Virus record (IMG/VR): IMGVR_UViG_3300006639_000010
Coordinates: 1 to 44,291 of that record
Strand: one strand, 5' to 3'
DNA: 44,291 bases
Origin: a virus
Lineage: Duplodnaviria > Caudoviricetes
Part shown: positions 38,730 to 44,291 of the stretch, one piece after another
How the letters are laid out: every line of letters begins with the position of its first letter
How positions within the stretch are numbered: position 1 is the first letter of the stretch
Position numbers and translations under genes: made by a program
Notes under the pieces: model-generated
What the model was told of the DNA's origin: nothing
Database searches by the model: none
What the model saw: only the letters and a program-made list of their open reading frames with translations

Positions 38730-38881
38730 TCGTCACCATACTCCTCGACATCATCGAGGATGATAGGATACCCAGTACTCTCGGCAATGTCACGCTGCAC
38801 AGTGTTGGCAACATCATCAACATCCTCATCATCAAACACATCAATGATGATGGAACACTTGAGGATATAGGGCTTAGGCAT
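38726..38881 (-). CDS. 51-aa acidic early protein
   Basis: AGGAGG SD; MPKPYILKCSIIIDVFDDEDVDDV... Confidence 0.6.
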   Translation of the reverse strand: MPKPYILKCSIIIDVFDDEDVDDVANTVQRDIAESTGYPIILDDVEEYGDE

Positions 38882-39023
38882 TGTTCAGTTCCTCCTGATA
38901 GTGGCGGATAAGTTGGGCTGCCTCACGCAGCACACGATAGTTGTACCCCGCAGGGTAATCATTCTCAAGTCGACGCAGCAGCAGTTCGATGTCAATGTTA
39001 TCCACTTCGTTGTTATCGAACAT
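38874..39023 (-). CDS. 49-aa early protein
   Basis: GGGAG SD; MFDNNEVD...LREAAQLI. Confidence 0.55.
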   Translation of the reverse strand: MFDNNEVDNIDIELLLRRLENDYPAGYNYRVLREAAQLIRHYQEELNNA

Positions 39024-39336
39024 CGGTAAACACTCCCTTCGTAATGTTCTTGGCTCGGTCGTACAGTTCCTCATGATACCCACCATAGATACAATCCTGA
39101 AGATCATACCAGTCAGCATCAGTCAGACCAATGTCGGGAAAGTCAAGCACAAGTTCCCCTCCCCGATATCCACGGATAGCAAGGGAACACTTGGTGACAC
39201 TAGCATCCGATCCGAAAGCCTTCGGGGTAATCGTGACAGTACGGCTGATATCACAGAAGCAGAAAATGTTTCCACCATCCGCAGTCTTCCAGTCAAAGGT
39301 GAAGCCACAGGTACGGTACTCATAGACATTAGACAT
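39013..39336 (-). CDS. Early hypothetical protein
   Basis: GGAG SD, coupled. Confidence 0.6.
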   Translation of the reverse strand: MSNVYEYRTCGFTFDWKTADGGNIFCFCDISRTVTITPKAFGSDASVTKCSLAIRGYRGGELVLDFPDIGLTDADWYDLQDCIYGGYHEELYDRAKNITKGVFTDVR

Positions 39337-39535
39337 TGTCGCTCTCCATAGTTTCGTTGATGTTGTCGGACAAGAATTGGATGAGGATACCTACTTCGGC
39401 ATCCGTAAGATACATGAGGTTTTGATGTTGCAGCAGAGTGGAAGCCGTAACCATAGCACCAGCCACAGCACCCACAGGCATAGGATGAACCAGCGTGTGA
39501 ATAAAGTCGGACACATGGCACTCATTAAACATCAT
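39329..39535 (-). CDS. Early hypothetical protein
   Basis: GGAGG SD, coupled. Confidence 0.6.
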   Translation of the reverse strand: MMFNECHVSDFIHTLVHPMPVGAVAGAMVTASTLLQHQNLMYLTDAEVGILIQFLSDNINETMESDNV

Positions 39536-39857
39536 AGAGAACCTCCGTATACTCGCGAGTCACAAAGATGGACTTCTGATTAGTGTACGCCTTCAGCCAC
39601 TTAAGGGCAGGCACAATGACATCCCGATACTTCTCATCGTTAGTCACCACAATGAACAGCGTCTGCTCATCACGGATATAGTCATCGTCAAGACAGCCCA
39701 CACAATACCCAGTACACGGCACCTCGGTAGTACCAGAGATACCACCCAGCAGCAGACACTCACGGAACAGGCAGAGAACATTATCCGCAATATGCAGCGG
39801 ATACCCGTCACCATCAGCCTTATAGTGCGGGACATGGATCGTAAACTTAACCGCCAT
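39525..39857 (-). CDS. Early protein, SAM-lyase / PII-like fold candidate
   Basis: G.T....TG.....E....V....Q.SIFV pattern resembles T3 SAMase spacing. Confidence 0.45.
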   Translation of the reverse strand: MAVKFTIHVPHYKADGDGYPLHIADNVLCLFRECLLLGGISGTTEVPCTGYCVGCLDDDYIRDEQTLFIVVTNDEKYRDVIVPALKWLKAYTNQKSIFVTREYTEVLYDV

Positions 39858-40233
39858 ATGCGTTAACAACCTTTCGTCGATAGTTCTTAGTGGCAGTACG
39901 GAGATACCCCTTCGGTCCTCCATTGTGAATACCAGCCACAGTTTCAATCTTCCAGTTCGGTGCATACCTAGAGAGATATGCAATCACAATCTTGCGGGCA
40001 TACACAGGATCAGTACAATCCTGATACGATCCACCGATAGAGGGATCATATTCGATTGCATCCTGCCAGTACACCTTGTGAATCTGATACCGCCCAATAG
40101 CCTTGCCATTGTCACCCACAGCAGAATCCTTATGATTAGATTCAACCTCGGCAATAGCCCGCAGGATACCATCAACATCAGTACCTGCGGGCGGGGGAAC
40201 CATCATCACACATGCAACCAGTGCATTAAGCAT
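39847..40233 (-). CDS. i-type lysozyme (destabilase-like) muramidase with a hydrophobic N-terminus
   Basis: AI.EVES, G.YQI...YW.DA, YQDC, YLSRY, IHNGGPKG, T..Y..KV; GGAGG SD before ATG 40233. Confidence 0.8.
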   Translation of the reverse strand: MLNALVACVMMVPPPAGTDVDGILRAIAEVESNHKDSAVGDNGKAIGRYQIHKVYWQDAIEYDPSIGGSYQDCTDPVYARKIVIAYLSRYAPNWKIETVAGIHNGGPKGYLRTATKNYRRKVVNAYGG

Positions 40234-40501
40234 TGAATGCCTCCATAGTTGAGACGAGTTCATCATCCACAGCCACAGTAGTGGGCACCCACATCTGGTT
40301 GCTTGCCTTGAAGTAGACGGGGTTGTAACCACTCACCCAGTACATACGATCCCGATAGTTCAGGGCGCGGCTATACCTGCTGTCAAGATAGTCAATCACA
40401 GCCCCAGGAATATCCGTGGTCTGACGAAGGTTGTACACAGCGTCGAGTTCCATAGACTGGGACTCGTAGTTCATGACATACACATGAAGGTAACTATTCA
40501 C
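40226..40501 (-). CDS. Early hypothetical protein
   Basis: GTGA coupling, GGGAG SD. Confidence 0.6.
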   Translation of the reverse strand: MNSYLHVYVMNYESQSMELDAVYNLRQTTDIPGAVIDYLDSRYSRALNYRDRMYWVSGYNPVYFKASNQMWVPTTVAVDDELVSTMEAFNA

Positions 40502-40800
40502 TTGATTTCTCCCATGTAAGAACCGTGCCACTTGGCTGCGCCCACATACCACTGAAACTTCTTGGAGTACACACACCCAAGGTTATACTCCCGAAGAATC
40601 GCATTGATGCGACTCTTAGTAGTATTGGTACGCCATCCCGCATCCATCACAACGACACAATCATTGTGAATCTCGGCAATCTTATTGCCATGCAGATAGA
40701 CTGCGGAATAATCCACGCAGTCCACAACCTCGGTATTGTCCCGCTTGAAATACTTGCGGGACTTGATTGCCTGTAGCATCTTATGTTCGATCACTCGCAT
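40498..40800 (-). CDS. Conserved phage early protein (VYLHGNKIA...TTKSRIN family)
   Basis: Motif familiar from aquatic phage hypothetical proteins; AGGAGG SD. Confidence 0.75.
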   Translation of the reverse strand: MRVIEHKMLQAIKSRKYFKRDNTEVVDCVDYSAVYLHGNKIAEIHNDCVVVMDAGWRTNTTKSRINAILREYNLGCVYSKKFQWYVGAAKWHGSYMGEIK

Positions 40801-40997
40801 GGCAGTTCCTCCTTAGGAATCTCATAGATCAGGTAGTACCAACCATCATTCCCCTCATAGGAAGAGATGATGGACTCCGCATACTCATCAGTTCCCATGA
40901 ACTTGCCCCGACACATTTCCAGAGCATCCTCATAGGGTACATTGTGCTGAATCCATGATGCACCAGCATCATAGGCATCGAACTGTACATGGTACAT
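40791..40997 (-). CDS. Early hypothetical protein
   Basis: GAGGAGG SD junction. Confidence 0.6.
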   Translation of the reverse strand: MYHVQFDAYDAGASWIQHNVPYEDALEMCRGKFMGTDEYAESIISSYEGNDGWYYLIYEIPKEELPCE

Positions 40998-41143
40998 GTC
41001 ACGCCTCCTCAATAGGGCAACCAAAGACGAACCAGATATCCATGCACTTGTGGCACAGATTCCACGACTCACAGTCAGGCGTATTGTAATACACCTTGTT
41101 GCAGTGCATACAGGTGCACTCTTCCATGTCACACCTCCTCAAT
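40995..41143 (-). repeat. Direct repeat ATTGAGGAGGYGTGACATG at consecutive gene junctions
   Basis: 18/19 identical copies at 40995-41013 and 41125-41143; degenerate copies at 41348, 41619, 41932. Confidence 0.75.
40999..41127 (-). CDS. 42-aa Cys-rich (CxxC...CxxC) early protein
   Basis: MEECTCMHC...LCHKC; GAGGAGGTG SD. Confidence 0.6.
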   Translation of the reverse strand: MEECTCMHCNKVYYNTPDCESWNLCHKCMDIWFVFGCPIEEA

Positions 41144-41350
41144 GGTATACCACTCGGTGGTATCCAGTTTGTCGTTGACATACACACGGTACACATTACC
41201 ATCGGGACGCAGTTCCACGGATGCACCATGAAAGGCATAGGCATTCTGCCACATTTGAATGACAGCCCCTGCCTTATACAGTGCGGAACCAACCTTCTCC
41301 GACACCACATCACCAGACGGAACTTCGAAGTGCACAGTCACATTGAACAT
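41129..41350 (-). CDS. Early hypothetical protein
   Basis: GGAGGTG SD. Confidence 0.6.
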   Translation of the reverse strand: MFNVTVHFEVPSGDVVSEKVGSALYKAGAVIQMWQNAYAFHGASVELRPDGNVYRVYVNDKLDTTEWYTIEEV

Positions 41351-41351
41351 A

Positions 41352-41621
41352 TCACACCTCCCATTCGGCACAGATCAACAGTTCATCATCACGGTCACGC
41401 ACCGTGACAACCTCGGGACTGACAGTGAACGCGATATACCGTCCATTGATTTGCCAGTTGATGTTTCCTGCAAAGGACACGGTGCGGATATAGGTGCGAT
41501 CCAGATAATCCAGCACCCATTCCGCATCACATGACACCACATCGGACGGAATCATTCGGGATTCCAACATCACCATCTCACCTTCCACCTCTCGGTACAC
41601 AGTCAGGTACATACGATCCAT
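41352..41621 (-). CDS. Early hypothetical protein
   Basis: GGAGGTG SD, MDRMYLTVY. Confidence 0.6.
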   Translation of the reverse strand: MDRMYLTVYREVEGEMVMLESRMIPSDVVSCDAEWVLDYLDRTYIRTVSFAGNINWQINGRYIAFTVSPEVVTVRDRDDELLICAEWEV

Positions 41622-41622
41622 G

Positions 41623-41934
41623 TCAGCACCTCCGCCCATAGGGCATTGTGTTGTCGTTGTTAATCGTCCACGACATCGGAACGATGTCAATGTTGCGGAC
41701 ACCCACCGCGTCGATAGCGCGGATGGTAGAGAACGGGATACCACATCCCGCAAGGTCACACATCTCCGCACAGGTCACCGCGGTGACATCGGCGCGGACA
41801 ATCCGCACCACATACTGGGTCATATCCCAGTCCCCACACGTCTCGCAGGTATTCTGCGAGATAACAGCGGGAGTATCCTGCACAGACAGAACACCACCGC
41901 AGCAGTCACGAACCACATAGTAGGTCTCAATCAT
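41623..41934 (-). CDS. Early hypothetical protein with CETCGD zinc-ribbon motif
   Basis: GGAGGTG SD; CC...CxxC. Confidence 0.6.
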   Translation of the reverse strand: MIETYYVVRDCCGGVLSVQDTPAVISQNTCETCGDWDMTQYVVRIVRADVTAVTCAEMCDLAGCGIPFSTIRAIDAVGVRNIDIVPMSWTINNDNTMPYGRRC

Positions 41935-41949
41935 TGTGCACACCTCCGT

Positions 41950-42615
41950 AAAGGCACACCGTCTACACAACGGTGCATCTTATAGGGTTCCGTATTGCCG
42001 CTACGGAACAAGAGCGGAGACATTTACATAGCATAGATTGTCTCGCAGTCTATGCCACTCCTCTGCACTAGGAGATATACTAATACCACTAGGTGCAGAA
42101 CCTAGTTACACCGTGTACTTCGGCGTATCCATATTCTATACGAATAGGGAGTCCATTACAGCCCTAACTTACCTGTTGCCACAGGCTGGCTGCGCTAAAG
42201 TTTGTGAGCAGTTTAAGGACATACTCAGGTCTATATCGCTCCCTATAACATCAAAGGTTAGGTGCGTGGTGACTTCTGTAGTTAACTCCCCGCATACGGC
42301 GGTTACTTCCCTACATAGTTTCCTTTGTTCGGACTTTCAACCGACACTATCCGTTATACATAACGGAGGGCACACCTTTGCCCAAGTTTCTTTATTGCCC
42401 ACAGTTTCTTCTCTGCTTGCCATACGGCGGGGCGGAAAGATACCCGTGGGATATTTCACCCACGGATACCGTGACTTTAATCAGTTGCGGTGCGTCAATA
42501 CCGCATACCTAGTCCGTTTCTTTATCTGTCTCAACTAACCACGGACAGTTAGTTGCGTACACACCCCTACCAATAGGCTGGGACAATCAGGTACGATTGT
42601 CGTGTGTACTTTGGT
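41950..42615 (-). ncRNA. Candidate large structured non-coding RNA (about 660 nt)
   Basis: No minus-strand ORF of 60 aa or more; about 14 hairpins and several loop-to-distal complementarities; most wobble pairs are G-U on the minus strand. Confidence 0.65.
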
Positions 42616-42618
42616 TTG

Positions 42619-42918
42619 TTAGATGTCCGACACATCGCGGTCGGCAAGATACTTGCCGATACGCTTGGGAACCACCTTCATCACGGACACAAAGCGTCCG
42701 CGCTTGTTGGCATCATAGCCAACACCGTCCGTGCCCCAACTGTGCCCGTTGCACAGTTCGCATGCCAGCATTTGCACGCGAAACAACACATCGTCAAACT
42801 TGTCGGGGGACACAGCCCCGACATACAGTTCGACGACATTATCGCGGACATCGTACACGCCACCGATACCCGCAAGTTTCGTCACCCACGCCTCACAGTG
42901 TGCAGCAGTCTTGGACAT
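42619..42918 (-). CDS. Early hypothetical protein
   Basis: GGAGG SD, MSKTAAHCEAW; WGTDGVGY motif. Confidence 0.65.
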   Translation of the reverse strand: MSKTAAHCEAWVTKLAGIGGVYDVRDNVVELYVGAVSPDKFDDVLFRVQMLACELCNGHSWGTDGVGYDANKRGRFVSVMKVVPKRIGKYLADRDVSDI

Positions 42919-42976
42919 ACTACCTCCGATTGTTTGCCTCGTCAGTGTGCGGGTAACAATCCCGCACAGACTTCCC

Positions 42977-43102
42977 TTAGCGGGAAGTTTCGGCATTGAA
43001 GATGCGCTTAATTTCGCGCTTCTCTTCTTCGATTTGCTTATCCACTAGGACAAGCGTTTCCGCAATTGCCTCTAGGACAATCTTGTGGAAATGTTCCCTC
43101 AC
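42977..43102 (-). CDS. 41-aa early protein
   Basis: GTGA coupling with GGAGGTG SD; read manually. Confidence 0.5.
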   Translation of the reverse strand: MREHFHKIVLEAIAETLVLVDKQIEEEKREIKRIFNAETSR

Positions 43103-43278
43103 TTGACACCTCCCGTGAACATCTTGCCATACTTCTTAGCCAACTTCTCCTCCGCAACCTTGCGGGAAGACTTGGTGGCAAATGCCACCGCCTTCACCAT
43201 AGCCTCCCAGTTGCGAAAGCACTTGACCGCTTCGAAGTTGAGCATTGCAGACTTAGCGCAATCAACTTTCAGGGACAT
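43099..43278 (-). CDS. 59-aa basic early protein (MSLKVDCAK...)
   Basis: AAGGAGG SD; read manually. Confidence 0.6.
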   Translation of the reverse strand: MSLKVDCAKSAMLNFEAVKCFRNWEAMVKAVAFATKSSRKVAEEKLAKKYGKMFTGGVK

Positions 43279-43315
43279 ATCGTCCTCCTTTGTTTGGGTT
43301 AGTCGGGCACAGACA

Positions 43316-43351
43316 GTAGGGGAGTGTACCCAAACGGATACACTCCCCTAC
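43316..43351. promoter_or_regulatory. Long intergenic hairpin (RNase III-type processing site candidate)
   Basis: Perfect 13-bp stem gtaggggagtgta/tacactcccctac between the first two early genes; no U-tract. Confidence 0.55.
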
Positions 43352-43364
43352 AGTGCGAGTCCGA

Positions 43365-43751
43365 TCAGAGACCGAGATCGGCATACTTGGCACGATCTGT
43401 GCCGCCGCGCATCTTCGGAGCCGACGACTTCGGCTCACTTGCGGCGAACCAGTTGGAGTGACCATTCTCCTCCAACCGACGTTGCATCCAATCAACGATA
43501 CCGTTGACGAAATCACCGCCGCGACCGTCGACCTTCATCCGCTCACCGAAAGTGAGCGTAACCACCATGTCGAGGATGGTATCACCACCGAGCACCTGCA
43601 ACTTCTCATTCTGGATCAGAGACTTGAGGGTAGCACGATGCAGGATGATCCGCCCGTCATCCGTTACCTTGCGACAATCCCTCGCAACCTTGACGAAGTC
43701 AGGCAGAACCGCAGCATCGAAACGAATCACATTCGGGAAACGAATCTCCAT
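43365..43751 (-). CDS. First early protein, hypothetical
   Basis: AAAGGT SD, MEIRFPNV, 128 aa. Confidence 0.7.
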   Translation of the reverse strand: MEIRFPNVIRFDAAVLPDFVKVARDCRKVTDDGRIILHRATLKSLIQNEKLQVLGGDTILDMVVTLTFGERMKVDGRGGDFVNGIVDWMQRRLEENGHSNWFAASEPKSSAPKMRGGTDRAKYADLGL

Positions 43752-43769
43752 GAGACACTTACCTTTCGT

Positions 43770-44215
43770 TAGAGTAAAGAAACCACACACGATGAAACCC
43801 CACGCTTCCCGTTAGGGAAGCGCAGGGGAGAAACAAGGTAGGGGAGTCGCTTCCCCGTACCTTGTGGGTGAGTGTTATAGAATCCACAGTGTGCTTTCCA
43901 CAACTCACTAGGCACACACCGTATCGGACATCCCCCGCTCAACCCAGTACGGGATAAGACTGCGGGGGACTTCCCTCCCGTGCGGACGGTCTGCGTTAGT
44001 GTCCTCGCGGGACACTCCGTTGCGCCTAACTTACGGTGCCCAGTAGTCCGATCCACAACGCGGTGGATGCTATTCTAGAGACTGGGACTTCTACCTATTA
44101 GAACCGTAAGGGTTGCGAGGTCAGTTGCCGTCCCCTCGGGGAGGGGATTAGGTTGTAGAGCAAAAGGCTCCGAATCAGTGACATTGTTTACCATAGTCAC
44201 TTGAACACCACTCAC
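43770..44215 (-). ncRNA. Candidate structured leader / second non-coding RNA (about 450 nt)
   Basis: At least 10 hairpins, GCGA loops, kissing-loop complementarity gtgagt/actcac. Confidence 0.55.
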
Positions 44216-44291
44216 GAAACGAGGCGGGCAGACTTCGGAGTCTCCGCGCCATATAGCAGGTGGGGGGTGCCATCGCTAGGGGGCATAGGGG

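Noticed and set aside
488-41985. Numerous plus-strand ORFs in the six-frame track
   Set aside because: Antisense shadows of well-supported minus-strand genes, with no motifs or SD sites
42038-42538. 166-aa plus-strand ORF over the structured region
   Set aside because: Opposite to all other genes, TTG start, no recognisable protein features; base pairing explains the sequence better
43769-44056. 95-aa minus-strand ORF in the leader
   Set aside because: No SD, atypical Gly/Arg/Pro/Cys-rich composition, coincides with dense hairpins
44256-44272. Sigma-54-like TGGCAC...TGC on the minus strand
   Set aside because: GG to GC spacing is 12 nt rather than the required 10
41950-44291. CRISPR or mini-array, or known small ribozymes, in the non-coding regions
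   Set aside because: No regularly spaced direct repeats; no intact hammerhead core (CUGANGA...GAAA) found by eye
1-44291. Stop-codon reassignment, integrase or introns/inteins
   Set aside because: Core genes are intact in the standard code, no suppressor tRNA or recombinase motif is present, and RNR and PolA are uninterrupted

Overview
A 44.3 kb segment of a lytic T7-like podovirus (Autographiviridae-like), encoded almost entirely on the minus strand and read from right to left. (1) Early region, about 44.3-35.9 kb: roughly 30 small, tightly coupled ORFs, including an i-type-lysozyme-like protein and a SAM-lyase-like candidate, plus two long non-coding stretches (41950-42615 and 43770-44215) packed with hairpins, GNRA loops and pseudoknot or kissing-loop complementarities. 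These are the best candidates for an undescribed system of large structured RNAs. (2) A single-subunit RNA polymerase. (3) A replication and nucleotide module: phosphoesterase, SSB, RusA, four tRNAs (Ile-UAU with a long variable arm, Leu-CAA with a short arm, Lys-UUU, Arg-UCU), ThyX, deaminase, primase-helicase, a cohesin+dockerin protein of Planctomycetota (Phycisphaerae) style, PolA, dNMP kinase, exonuclease, dUTPase and class II RNR. (4) A structural module: portal, two inserted genes, scaffold, capsid, terminator, tail tubes A and B, several fibres and lysis-type membrane proteins. A 20-nt motif occurring twice (upstream of RNAP and of dUTPase) is a candidate phage promoter. Terminase and internal virion protein genes are not in the window and probably lie beyond the left edge. 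All calls come from motif recognition by eye; no searches were run.
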